From: a virus
Lineage: Duplodnaviria > Caudoviricetes
DNA length: 56,341 nt
Direction: 5' to 3' (one strand)
Virus record (IMG/VR): IMGVR_UViG_3300042453_004839
Coordinates: 1-56,341 of that record
Positions 27,506-36,352 of the stretch are shown here, one piece after another. A program made the position numbers and the translations under genes. A model generated the notes under the pieces. That model had not been told where the DNA came from, made no database searches, and worked only from the letters and a program-made list of their open reading frames with translations. The first letter of the stretch is position 1, and every line of letters starts with the position of its first letter.

Positions 27506-28044
27506 AACCACCTCTTGGCAAGCATTGTATCAAGGGGCCGACGCTTGCGATAGACCCCATCCCCCTCCCGGCTCCCGTCGTCATTGGTGTTGCCTTCGAT
27601 GGTCACCACCATCTTGCCTTCTAGCTTTTCCACCAAACCCGTGTGAGCCACGCGGCCAAGGTTTGAAAAATAAATCCCAAAGGCATCGGACGGGCCCGGC
27701 CTCGTTCCGCGGCCTCGGTTCCAGTCCGGAGCTTTAACGAAATCGGGGCTCCAAGCAGAACGCGGGTAGGGGTTCTTTTCTTCGCCGAACGCTTCATCGC
27801 CTACATATACCACCCATGCCGCGCACCAGGGAGCCTTGCTCCCGGCTAGTCCGACCGATGCGAGGATTTTGTCCACCATGGGCCCGGCGTTTCGCCCGAC
27901 CTCTCGCCATCCGATGGTTCCGCGAGCCACGCGAATAACTTCCGCAACTCTTCCTTCTCGCGTAGCTGGGACTCCCTCAGTAGCTCGGGCTCCGGAACCC
28001 AACACAAGTAAAGATGCCATAACCAGCGCATAAATCACCCGCAT
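27502..28044 (-). CDS. CHAP-domain endolysin with signal peptide
   Basis: PWCAAWV (catalytic Cys), AHTGLV (His), TIEGNT; hydrophobic N-terminus ending GARA. Confidence 0.85.
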   Translation of the reverse strand: MRVIYALVMASLLVLGSGARATEGVPATREGRVAEVIRVARGTIGWREVGRNAGPMVDKILASVGLAGSKAPWCAAWVVYVGDEAFGEEKNPYPRSAWSPDFVKAPDWNRGRGTRPGPSDAFGIYFSNLGRVAHTGLVEKLEGKMVVTIEGNTNDDGSREGDGVYRKRRPLDTMLAKRWL

Positions 28045-28376
28045 AAAATGGCAAAGGCCAGAACCAGGCCAAGGAATAAACCGACAAGGATCTTGGCCCG
28101 GGCTTCACCGCTGATGTTTGACCAGTCCTCCAAAAGAGTTTGGGAGTCGACGTAGTCGTTGAGAAACTTAAACTCAATGGCAATGATTCCCCAGGCCAGG
28201 GACACGGCGGCAAGCAACTTGACCGCTCCAAAAATGATGACGTGTAGGGCCCCGACGTCGACCACCCCGGCCCCTGGGTCAATTTTGTGGAGCAGGGGGC
28301 CAAGAATAAGGAATAAGCCCACCCCGCAGAGGAGAGCCGTAAGTCCCTGGGCGTTATCCCAAAGCCACCTTTTCAC
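28035..28376 (-). CDS. Putative holin (3 TM segments)
   Basis: Three hydrophobic stretches; directly upstream of the endolysin. Confidence 0.65.
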   Translation of the reverse strand: MKRWLWDNAQGLTALLCGVGLFLILGPLLHKIDPGAGVVDVGALHVIIFGAVKLLAAVSLAWGIIAIEFKFLNDYVDSQTLLEDWSNISGEARAKILVGLFLGLVLAFAILCG

Positions 28377-28763
28377 TTAAAGAAGTTTAAGAAAGGGAAA
28401 GAAATTACGCAAGGCTAAAAATGCAGGTAAAAGAAGCATCCCGCCAATCCCGATCAAACGCCATTTCCAAAGCAGACCCACGGCTTTGCTGTACTTGTGC
28501 TCAAGATACTCCAACCGCTCGGCCATCTCGGAACGTTCCTTGAAGTTCTTGTCCACCTGGGCCTGGAGTTTTAGGATCTGATCCTTGGTGTTGTCTAGTT
28601 CATCAGCCACGGGCCGGCACTCCGGGATGGAACGGGCAATGGCCTGAGCCTTCAATACGGATTGCGTCGTTGCTTCTAGGGTTAGGGAGCCGGAGGACGT
28701 GGTTCTGGTGCTGGCGCAGGAGGTCAGTAAAATGCAAATAAATATAAAACTAATAAATTGCAT
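28377..28763 (-). CDS. Putative unimolecular spanin-like lipoprotein
   Basis: Lipobox LLTSC (Cys16), coiled coil, C-terminal TM helix; located in the lysis cassette. Confidence 0.6.
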   Translation of the reverse strand: MQFISFIFICILLTSCASTRTTSSGSLTLEATTQSVLKAQAIARSIPECRPVADELDNTKDQILKLQAQVDKNFKERSEMAERLEYLEHKYSKAVGLLWKWRLIGIGGMLLLPAFLALRNFFPFLKLL

Positions 28764-29445
28764 ATTTTGTGTTTAAATATTCTTCAATTTTTTGAATATT
28801 TTCTTCGGAAATCAAATTGTCGTAAATAATAATTTCACTTACGTAAACATTTGCCGGCTGACCCTCTCCTCCATCATTACCAATATACAGGGCTGACCTT
28901 GAGTAAAAACCCTCTCCATTAGACCCAGCAATAATCTCTGACCCATTTTTTCTAAAAGAATAAGTTGATCCTTCATCCGATAAGGATGCTATGATTGCCG
29001 GTGTGTTTTCTGAAAGAGTATCTCCACTTGATATTTCTGTGTTAAAATATGATCCCCAATCAGTTCCTGAAATCGCACTATAAAATCCGCCTCCTGTGCA
29101 TTCAACGATTACGGCATATTGTGAAGGTTCATAGGCTAAACCTTTAACAACTGCGTATATTGTTTTTGCAGTCACAATGTCGGTTCCGTCGAGTCTTCCT
29201 CCGTCAAACAATACGGCTGGGAGTCCGTTAATTATGTTTGAGTGAAAAGTTGGGCTTGTAGTTACTGCAACAACGTCATTCCCTACCTGACTTTGATCGG
29301 CCCAATAAGTGACATTTGACCCTGAAAAGGTAATGCCTTCATCAGCTTTGAGCCAAAGACTCAAACCAGCAATGGTGTTTGGGTCAAAAGGGGCAGCCGA
29401 AATTTTGGCGGTCGGCAACCCCAAGCCTAGGCCGAGTTTCGGCAT
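28750..29445 (-). CDS. LamG/ConA-like virion protein
   Basis: GLSLWLKAD..VTYWADQS..NGLPAVLFDG..SEIIIYD..IEEYLNTKY. Confidence 0.7.
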   Translation of the reverse strand: MPKLGLGLGLPTAKISAAPFDPNTIAGLSLWLKADEGITFSGSNVTYWADQSQVGNDVVAVTTSPTFHSNIINGLPAVLFDGGRLDGTDIVTAKTIYAVVKGLAYEPSQYAVIVECTGGGFYSAISGTDWGSYFNTEISSGDTLSENTPAIIASLSDEGSTYSFRKNGSEIIAGSNGEGFYSRSALYIGNDGGEGQPANVYVSEIIIYDNLISEENIQKIEEYLNTKYAIY

Positions 29446-29451
29446 GGCGAG

Positions 29452-29766
29452 TTAAGCCTTGTAAGCGACGATGATTCCGCCACTAGCAACTTCAGCAGCA
29501 ACAAAAGGTCCGTACAAAATAGTTCCTGCGGGAACTGTTGCTCCGTTGTCCACTAGCGGGAAAAAAGGTGAGGCTAATCCAGTTCCTTCGGTAGTATCTA
29601 ACGTGACAAAAACACAGTCAGTCAGGCATTGAACTGCCGCATAATTTCCTGCAGGAACCGCACCTCCGTCAAAAACACACGCGCAACCACGCTGGCCAAG
29701 GGACACAAGCGCGGCGTCGGTTTCCTGGGTTACAGACGGAGTAAGATTTTCGTCATTCCATGCCAT
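29452..29766 (-). CDS. Small virion protein
   Basis: 104 aa, VPAGTILYGPF..VASG..VAYK. Confidence 0.7.
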   Translation of the reverse strand: MAWNDENLTPSVTQETDAALVSLGQRGCACVFDGGAVPAGNYAAVQCLTDCVFVTLDTTEGTGLASPFFPLVDNGATVPAGTILYGPFVAAEVASGGIIVAYKA

Positions 29767-29774
29767 AGGTCTTT

Positions 29775-29802
29775 AGTGTGCAGTATTGGTTTTTGTTGTC
29801 AA
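29775..29802 (-). promoter_or_regulatory. sigma70-like promoter
   Basis: TTGACA-16-CACACT-8-ATG(29766). Confidence 0.55.
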
Positions 29803-29804
29803 GT

Positions 29805-31610
29805 CTATCCGAGTGCAATAATGTCGGCTGGTATAGCTGTTTTCTTAAGCTTTTCCCCGACAGACCCTGCGGTGCTGGAAGCTGACGAAAGAGCGTAGTC
29901 CCAGACATTGGCCTGGGTTAGGACGGCGGTGCCGACGGTGTTGTCCACCGCCACGCCTGCGGCCACGGAGTTTGCGGCTGGGACGGAACAGGTGCCGGTA
30001 AGATTGCCGGCGTTGTAAGTAACCCCGGAGCGGACATTGTTGACAGTCGGCATTAGGCCGGAAGCATTCCCGTCGACGAGTGTTTTGGTCCCAGCGGCTG
30101 AAGTATAAAATCTTGTCGTGTTTGTCGAATCGTCGATCAGCTGGAACACTCCTGGTCCGCTTATGGGGGTATTTCCACGAGCCCCGAACTCAAGTTTCTT
30201 AAATCGAATAATCGGGTTTACGTTCTGAGCATTAGCCGCATAGGTAAAACCGTTTATACCAACAGAACCTGGACCAAAATCGTTTCCAACAAGTTTATCT
30301 GCTATTAAAGTGGCCGTAGAAGAAGCACTATAACCATGGGCACCAGATCCAATACCTGCGGTAATCGTACCGTTAACCGTAATCACTGAACTAACCTCGT
30401 TAGAGATCCCAACACCAGCTGTTCCAGAGCCGCCAACAACATTACCATTTATAGTTGCTGGTGAGTTATTGTTCGAACGATAAGCTATAGAATTACTTCC
30501 TCCTCCCCCGGTTAAATTGCCATTTATAAGAATTACTTGTCCGGAATTACCAGACCAAAAAACATAATTAGTAGTTGTCGAGTTGCCGCCAATAATATCT
30601 CCTGTCTGAGTATACTTAGAGCCACCCCCAACAAGATAAACGGCTCCGCTTTGCGTAGCCACCCCAGAAGTAGGCCCGTAAAGATTTCCGTTAACAACCA
30701 ATAACCCACCAGCCCTGTGCAAAATAGCCGCCTCGCTTTGAGATCCTCCTGCTCCGGTGGAAGCTGCGTAAACATTTCCATTAACAGTTATGGTTGCCCC
30801 ACCATTTATGTCGATTGCTCGGTTTACCAGTGTTCCCGTCACATTACCTGTGATGGTACAAGGGATGGAATTTGTATTGTGGTAATATGCTGGGTTACCG
30901 AAACCACCTACCCCAGAAGCCCCTCCTGTAAGATTACAATTTATAATTGTGGAAGAAGGTGCGATAGATGCTCCAGTAGGACTCCAACCAACAGATAATG
31001 CTGCAGTACTACCACTTGTGGAGGTCCCGCCAATCAAAGCTGAACCACTATTAATTTGAGTAAATGTTGGGATATTATTAGAATTAAATAAACTTATTCC
31101 GTTACAACTGTTTCCACCAGTTCCTCCACGAACTGTCCCAGTCACATATAAGGAGCCACCAGCATGTCGTACCCCTTCGGAATTAGTTACGCTTCCACCA
31201 GTTATATTCCCGTTAATTGTGACCGTGGGGTAATCGGAAAGACTGGACGATACGAAAGAATAAGTCCCCATCGTAAATGTGGAGTTGGCATTTGTGCCTG
31301 CCGTTACCGCTCCGTTTAAGGTAAAGTTAACTGTTCCAGCAACAATGGTCACAACTGACCCGTTGGCCGCTGAGATAACATTTGCGTTAACGACTCGTGT
31401 TCCGGAAGTCTGGCTTTGGAAAGTCCCTCCTGCCGTGATTGCGGGACTGCCGACCGCGGCGTTACGTAAACTGATCACCGTAACATTTTGATCAATGGTT
31501 ACGGTTCTGTTATTGGCGTAAACATCGTCAGCGGATGTGGGCAGTGTTCCACCGTCCCATGTGGCGGTGCTAGACCAATTTCCGTTGGCAACGGCGTAAC
31601 GAATGGCCAT
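29805..31610 (-). CDS. Beta-helix tail spike/fibre-like protein
   Basis: 601 aa, Gly/Asn/Thr/Ser-rich with INGNITGG-type repeats; lower GC in the centre. Confidence 0.7.
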   Translation of the reverse strand: MAIRYAVANGNWSSTATWDGGTLPTSADDVYANNRTVTIDQNVTVISLRNAAVGSPAITAGGTFQSQTSGTRVVNANVISAANGSVVTIVAGTVNFTLNGAVTAGTNANSTFTMGTYSFVSSSLSDYPTVTINGNITGGSVTNSEGVRHAGGSLYVTGTVRGGTGGNSCNGISLFNSNNIPTFTQINSGSALIGGTSTSGSTAALSVGWSPTGASIAPSSTIINCNLTGGASGVGGFGNPAYYHNTNSIPCTITGNVTGTLVNRAIDINGGATITVNGNVYAASTGAGGSQSEAAILHRAGGLLVVNGNLYGPTSGVATQSGAVYLVGGGSKYTQTGDIIGGNSTTTNYVFWSGNSGQVILINGNLTGGGGSNSIAYRSNNNSPATINGNVVGGSGTAGVGISNEVSSVITVNGTITAGIGSGAHGYSASSTATLIADKLVGNDFGPGSVGINGFTYAANAQNVNPIIRFKKLEFGARGNTPISGPGVFQLIDDSTNTTRFYTSAAGTKTLVDGNASGLMPTVNNVRSGVTYNAGNLTGTCSVPAANSVAAGVAVDNTVGTAVLTQANVWDYALSSASSTAGSVGEKLKKTAIPADIIALG

Positions 31611-31611
31611 A

Positions 31612-31878
31612 TTAGGTCTTCGTCAGGCTGGTGAGATTTCCGCTTCCGTCGTACCCGAGCGTAAGCGTGGCGACCGTGGTTCCGCTGGAACCTCCGGTTT
31701 TGTAGGTCACCGTGGACAAGTTTCCGGAACCGTCGTAGCCGAGAGCCCGGTAATCATGAGTGGGAATGTCCCACCCGGGAATGTTTACCGTCGCCTCAAC
31801 CGGGCTTGCCCGTAACTCGGTATCGGTAAGACCTCCGCCTCCTCCACCCCCACTACCGCCGCTTTGAAATACAGGCAT
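31612..31878 (-). CDS. Small virion protein
   Basis: Internal duplication LGYDGSGNL; tight packing. Confidence 0.75.
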   Translation of the reverse strand: MPVFQSGGSGGGGGGGLTDTELRASPVEATVNIPGWDIPTHDYRALGYDGSGNLSTVTYKTGGSSGTTVATLTLGYDGSGNLTSLTKT

Positions 31879-31879
31879 A

Positions 31880-32170
31880 TTATCCCTCTAGTGCTACGAA
31901 AGGTTCGCCGGCTGTGTTGCAGAAAATATGAATTGCCTCAACCGGAACCGCGCCATCCTCGAACACCACGCCGCCGCCGTTTGCGCTTATGCAGATCCCA
32001 GTTGTATCGGTAGGCGAATAGCCGATACCGACATACATCGAATCAGTAGCGGATAGGTTTTGAACCAGAAGAAAATTACGGTCCGGACTGGCAGGCACAA
32101 TCTCCTGGCTTACTCCAGCCGAAGTGATTGTTCCCGAGTTATTGGTAAAACTTGTGTTCCGAAAGCCCAT
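31880..32170 (-). CDS. Small virion protein
   Basis: RNFLLVQNLS...MYVG beta-sandwich-like pattern. Confidence 0.7.
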   Translation of the reverse strand: MGFRNTSFTNNSGTITSAGVSQEIVPASPDRNFLLVQNLSATDSMYVGIGYSPTDTTGICISANGGGVVFEDGAVPVEAIHIFCNTAGEPFVALEG

Positions 32171-32205
32171 AGGACTTACCTAGGATGCCGGAACCCGATA
32201 CAAAA

Positions 32206-32424
32206 TCAAGAACTTTGTCCGAAAAGCTTATGCCAGATGGTTTGGCCTACCGTGGTGATGGCGAGCGTAATAACGGCCACAATTCCGTAACCACGGTTAA
32301 TATGACCCTCAACGTTCTGAATACGGTTCTCCTGGCTGGAAATCGAATCTACCAGAATATCCAGCTTGGACTCCATGCGGGCAGTCCTGTCTAGAAGCTC
32401 ATAGATCACGTCATTTTGATCCAT
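32206..32424 (-). CDS. Coiled-coil plus TM protein (XhlA/holin-like)
   Basis: N-terminal heptads followed by one TM helix. Confidence 0.6.
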   Translation of the reverse strand: MDQNDVIYELLDRTARMESKLDILVDSISSQENRIQNVEGHINRGYGIVAVITLAITTVGQTIWHKLFGQSS

Positions 32425-32632
32425 AAACTTCCTCCAGCATGGGGATAAGGTGCTTCTTCATCTTACTTGCAGTATAACCCTTTACCCCCAGTAAAGGCAA
32501 GAATAGTTCGAAGCAGAGTTCGAACGACTCCCGCTCGAAGCAGGCTTTTGGCCTGCCGGCTTTCTTCCCGGCCCTCAGGTCTTGGAGATCGTTCCAAGCC
32601 TGGCGAACCACGGCCAGGAGCAAACGGTCCAC
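32411..32632 (-). CDS. Hypothetical protein
   Basis: 73 aa, fills the gap. Confidence 0.55.
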   Translation of the reverse strand: MDRLLLAVVRQAWNDLQDLRAGKKAGRPKACFERESFELCFELFLPLLGVKGYTASKMKKHLIPMLEEVYGSK

Positions 32633-32638
32633 GGCTAA

Positions 32639-32878
32639 TTAGGCTTCTTCGGCCATTCCTTTTTCAACGGCCTCAACCATGCCCATTTCCTCGCCGCCTT
32701 CTTCAGCCTCGACTTCTTCGGCTTCTTCAGCCCCGGAAACGCCGATACCTTCGACTGCGGTTAGATACATGGTGGGACCTTTGAAGTAGCCGCTAGCCAT
32801 AAAATCAAAGGGTTTGCCTTCGGCAACACCCTCCGGGGGTGTGAAACCTTCGGGAACAGGAAAAGAGATATTGTCCAT
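32639..32878 (-). CDS. Small acidic protein
   Basis: 79 aa, Glu-rich tail; AAAGG RBS. Confidence 0.7.
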   Translation of the reverse strand: MDNISFPVPEGFTPPEGVAEGKPFDFMASGYFKGPTMYLTAVEGIGVSGAEEAEEVEAEEGGEEMGMVEAVEKGMAEEA

Positions 32879-32892
32879 AAAAACCTTTCAGT

Positions 32893-32927
32893 AAAGATCC
32901 CCCCAGGGGATAAACCCTGGGGGGATC
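32893..32927 (-). terminator. Intrinsic terminator-like hairpin after the capsid genes
   Basis: Perfect 13-bp stem GATCCCCCCAGGG/CCCTGGGGGGATC (32896-32927), 6-nt loop, short UUU tail on the minus strand. Confidence 0.7.
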
Positions 32928-32934
32928 GATTCGA

Positions 32935-33177
32935 TTAAGCGTTAACGTTGTTGATCAGTGTGACAAGTTCGTTGACCTTTTCAGCCAGTGACTTGAAGTT
33001 GTTATTCAAGGTCGTTTGGTTGAAGGCCGCGCCCACGTCAGAGATGGTGTTGCTGGCCGTGCCAGTGGCAGCGGTCAAGGCAACAACATTGGTCCACGTC
33101 CCGCCATTGGCAAGAACGTTACGGACCTGAGCGGCGAGAACATTGTCCTGCGTCGCTACTTGAAGAGGGAAACTCAT
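32935..33177 (-). CDS. Capsid decoration/head fibre protein
   Basis: Directly after the MCP; LNNNFKSLAEKVNELV trimeric coiled-coil; strong RBS AAGGAG. Confidence 0.65.
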   Translation of the reverse strand: MSFPLQVATQDNVLAAQVRNVLANGGTWTNVVALTAATGTASNTISDVGAAFNQTTLNNNFKSLAEKVNELVTLINNVNA

Positions 33178-33198
33178 TTAGAGTACTCCTTTCTTCAA

Positions 33199-34581
33199 TT
33201 AGCTAACGTAGTCGAGGCTGATCGCGGACCGCTTGTGCAGGATGGCATAACCATACTGCGGGAAGACGGGACGCGCACCGTTGGCCAGAACGCCACGGAA
33301 GTAACCAACGTTACCATCCGGGTTGCTCTGACGGTCAAGGATATTGACCCATTTGAACTCACCCCGGTAATTCTGGGGGTTGAAGCTCATCTTGTTGGCG
33401 GTGTTGACCGGACCAGGAACCACCGAACGGAACACATCCTGATGGTAGATGTAGCTCAGCTCATAGGCCGCAGTCTCGTACTCGCTGTTGATGTTGTAGG
33501 CCGTACCCTTGGTCGTGGTTTCCTTCTTGAACGGATACACACGGATGAGCTTGTCATTCGTGGTGTCGTACACGCGGAACCGCGGGGGATACGGATCGAT
33601 GGCGTGATAAAAGCCACCGTAGCTGCGCTCGATACCGAGCGGGGTCAGCAGTTCATTGGGCTTCGCATAGCGGAAGTCCTGACGGATGTCGGCGTTGAGC
33701 CGGATCAGGGACTCGCTGGTCTCAGCACCGCAGATCAGCATGAACACCGGAGCACCGTTCTCACGGCCCATGGCGTTCGTTCCCGCGCCGTCGCGGACGA
33801 GCTTCATGTAGAGCCGCTTGAGGATGCCCTGAGTCAGCTGACTCTGAGGCAGGTTAGCCGCAGTGATCGCGCCGGAAGCGGCAGTGCCGACTCCGGTGGT
33901 AACTGCGTCATAGATGACCTTCGCGTCGGCGGAGCTTGCGCTCGTGGAGGCAACGATCGAGGAGGTGCTGGGGTAAACCAGGTTTCCTTCGTCCGCAACC
34001 TGCGCCGTGTACTGATTCCGGTAGCGATCCTGCCAGATGAGCGAGGTCGACTCGGTCAGCACGTCCATGATGTTAGCCAGCTGCTCGCGACGCTTAACCG
34101 CGAAGCGCAAGTCTTCGAGGGCAACGTCGGGGGACTCCAAGGAGGCCCACTCGAGGCTGTACTGGCGGAGCTTCTGGCCGAACGTCACGCCGTTAAGAGC
34201 GGCGGGAAGAACGTTACCGGCAGACGACGTGGACTGCACCGGAGGGGTGGAGCCACCAGAGAGCGTCTGGGTATAGGCGTTGAAGCCGGTGTAGGTCTGA
34301 TCAACCGGGTTGGAACCCAGTTTGCGCCAGCCCGAGCCGGCATCAGCCACGATTTCGTTTTCGGCATAACCGTTGGTATTGCCGACGCCCGCGAGAGTCC
34401 GGGACGGGTAGAACCGCTCGAAAGTAACCGAGCTGATCACGTCGCCCATCTCCTCGGGGAACTGTTCTTGCTTGGTCAGTTTGAGCCAAGCGGAAGTGTC
34501 GATCGTCCGGCGATAAATCTCCGGTCCGATACGGCCAGCTTCCTTCACGAGCAACTGCTCGATGGAGTAAGTAGTAGCCAT
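33199..34581 (-). CDS. Major capsid protein
   Basis: 460 aa after portal and scaffold; strong high-expression codon bias; RBS AAAGGA; followed by a terminator. Confidence 0.8.
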   Translation of the reverse strand: MATTYSIEQLLVKEAGRIGPEIYRRTIDTSAWLKLTKQEQFPEEMGDVISSVTFERFYPSRTLAGVGNTNGYAENEIVADAGSGWRKLGSNPVDQTYTGFNAYTQTLSGGSTPPVQSTSSAGNVLPAALNGVTFGQKLRQYSLEWASLESPDVALEDLRFAVKRREQLANIMDVLTESTSLIWQDRYRNQYTAQVADEGNLVYPSTSSIVASTSASSADAKVIYDAVTTGVGTAASGAITAANLPQSQLTQGILKRLYMKLVRDGAGTNAMGRENGAPVFMLICGAETSESLIRLNADIRQDFRYAKPNELLTPLGIERSYGGFYHAIDPYPPRFRVYDTTNDKLIRVYPFKKETTTKGTAYNINSEYETAAYELSYIYHQDVFRSVVPGPVNTANKMSFNPQNYRGEFKWVNILDRQSNPDGNVGYFRGVLANGARPVFPQYGYAILHKRSAISLDYVS

Positions 34582-34599
34582 TTTAGTTAGTTATCCTTT

Positions 34600-34798
34600 C
34601 ATCCATCCCCCGCTCGCGCAAGGGATGTTATGATTTGCGGCAGTAGCGTTAGCTCCACTCGGAGCTATTCGCTCTTACCACACTTCAAAACCATTCCCTG
34701 GCGGCATCCCAGAGCTTTTAATGCCCGAATTGTGACCATTTCAATTTTTATAGGTCATGTTCGACAAGGGTCTCAGTCTTTATACCTGTGCCGAACAA
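34600..34798 (-). ncRNA. Structured 5' leader of the capsid mRNA (five hairpins)
   Basis: Consecutive stems with G-U pairs and a GCGA tetraloop that work only on the minus strand. Confidence 0.55.
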
Positions 34799-34802
34799 AT
34801 CA

Positions 34803-34830
34803 AAAGTATCAACCGGCTTGAACGTGTCAA
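34803..34830 (-). promoter_or_regulatory. Capsid promoter
   Basis: TTGACA-16-TACTTT, about 215 nt upstream of the MCP ATG. Confidence 0.65.
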
Positions 34831-34843
34831 TACCTTTTACAAA

Positions 34844-36049
34844 CTATTTTTTGCTCATTCCCCGTTCCAAAGCTTCGAGGAAGCCCAGGTCAGAGGCGAT
34901 CTCAGGTGCGCTTCCGCTTTCCGATCCGGAAGATGGGAGGGTTGCGCGAAGTTCTTTAGCTGTCTTCTCAAGCTCGTTAATACGGGACTGAGTCTTGGAA
35001 ACATAGTCCTGAAACACCTGCATGACTACTGGCATTGCGGCGGCGTTAAAGGTAAGCCGGGCTTTAGACCTAGGGTCAAGCTCGGTGTTCTCAATTTCCA
35101 AAGCCTTAGACTGGATAGAATTAAGGGTGTTATTCCAAGCTTCGTTGTCCTCAATAGGACGTAGAAGCGGATTCTCTTGCTGGAGCGCATCCCATTCCGC
35201 CTTATAAGCTGAAGAAATTTCTTCCTGACTGCGTTTTTGAAATGCCTCCATTTCAGACTTTTCTTCATTCTCAAGCATCTCCAAGACTGTTTTGACGTCT
35301 TTGGTAAGGACATCACGACGCTCAAAAACCTTCTGGAGTTCTTCAGCTTTGTTTCGTACCGCCAAAGAATCCACCGGATCAAAGGCAGAGGTGGCTTCCT
35401 TCAGCAGAGCCCGACGCTTCGCGGCGTCCGGTTCGACCATGGCCGAATAAATAAGCCGGGGGTCAGCCTCATAAAGTTTGGCAATTTCCGCCACTTCTTT
35501 TTGAATGACCGAGAGGGGTTCCGTAACAGCTTGTTTGTATTCACGGGTCGCCTCTAACCGTGAAAACCGTAACTCCTGTTCATACTCATCCCTCTCTGAC
35601 TTTAAGGCGTCAAGTTGGGCCTTAAGATCAATCTGCTCAGTGGAGTTTACCGGGGCTTCTGCTGTTTTGGTTTCCAACTCTTTGATCTTAGCCCGGGCAT
35701 CGCGCAAATCTTTGGTAAGCCTGGCCCATGCTGTTTGAGCCTCCGGCTTTAGGTTTTCAGGGGTTTTGACGTCCAACTCCTCCGAGGAAGCTTTGGTTTT
35801 GGAGGTTTCTTCCTGGCCAGTAAGCCTTTTGGTTAGAACATCCAAGGGGTTGGTATTTTCAACCGAGTTCGTTTTATCGACCACCGCTTCTTTAGCGGTC
35901 TCAACGGCTTTAACAGGTTCCGGTGTGGCCTGGACCGGGGCAGTTACAGGGGCTTCTTGAGGCCCACGATCAATCGCGTCAATCCCTGCATCCAGGGCAT
36001 CGGCTAAACTCAGATCGGCGGTTGGGGTTGCAGTAGCAGTGTTACTCAT
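34844..36049 (-). CDS. Capsid scaffolding protein
   Basis: 401 aa, acidic coiled coil, between portal and MCP; RBS TAAGGA. Confidence 0.7.
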   Translation of the reverse strand: MSNTATATPTADLSLADALDAGIDAIDRGPQEAPVTAPVQATPEPVKAVETAKEAVVDKTNSVENTNPLDVLTKRLTGQEETSKTKASSEELDVKTPENLKPEAQTAWARLTKDLRDARAKIKELETKTAEAPVNSTEQIDLKAQLDALKSERDEYEQELRFSRLEATREYKQAVTEPLSVIQKEVAEIAKLYEADPRLIYSAMVEPDAAKRRALLKEATSAFDPVDSLAVRNKAEELQKVFERRDVLTKDVKTVLEMLENEEKSEMEAFQKRSQEEISSAYKAEWDALQQENPLLRPIEDNEAWNNTLNSIQSKALEIENTELDPRSKARLTFNAAAMPVVMQVFQDYVSKTQSRINELEKTAKELRATLPSSGSESGSAPEIASDLGFLEALERGMSKK

Positions 36050-36061
36050 GGTTTGTATTCC

Positions 36062-36352
36062 TTATTCTTGGTTTGGTTGGGTTTTGTTTTCCCATGGGGC
36101 CGGAAGATCTTCCGGCGCACTGGGGTCTTCTGAAAGAGTTCCTAGCAAACGGATGGCTTCGTAAAACCCTTCTCGGCGGGTATTGAGGCTCGCGTTCCAG
36201 TCGACAAAATCAACTCCAGGTGGTGGCATTACTGCGGTGGGTGTTCCCAAAAAACCAAGTACGTTTTTTAAAGCTTGCCCAGCTTCGGACTTGTAAAAGG
36301 CTTTCCAAGCCAGCCTTAAATCTTCTCTTTGATTCCAGTCTTTTAATGTCAT
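36062..36352 (-). CDS. Small protein between portal and scaffold
   Basis: FYKSEAGQALKNVL..REG pattern typical of this locus; ATGA overlap with the portal gene. Confidence 0.65.
   Translation of the reverse strand: MTLKDWNQREDLRLAWKAFYKSEAGQALKNVLGFLGTPTAVMPPPGVDFVDWNASLNTRREGFYEAIRLLGTLSEDPSAPEDLPAPWENKTQPNQE

Noticed and set aside
33016-34590. 524-aa plus-strand ORF
   Set aside because: Antisense shadow of the codon-biased capsid gene; no recognisable motifs or RBS.
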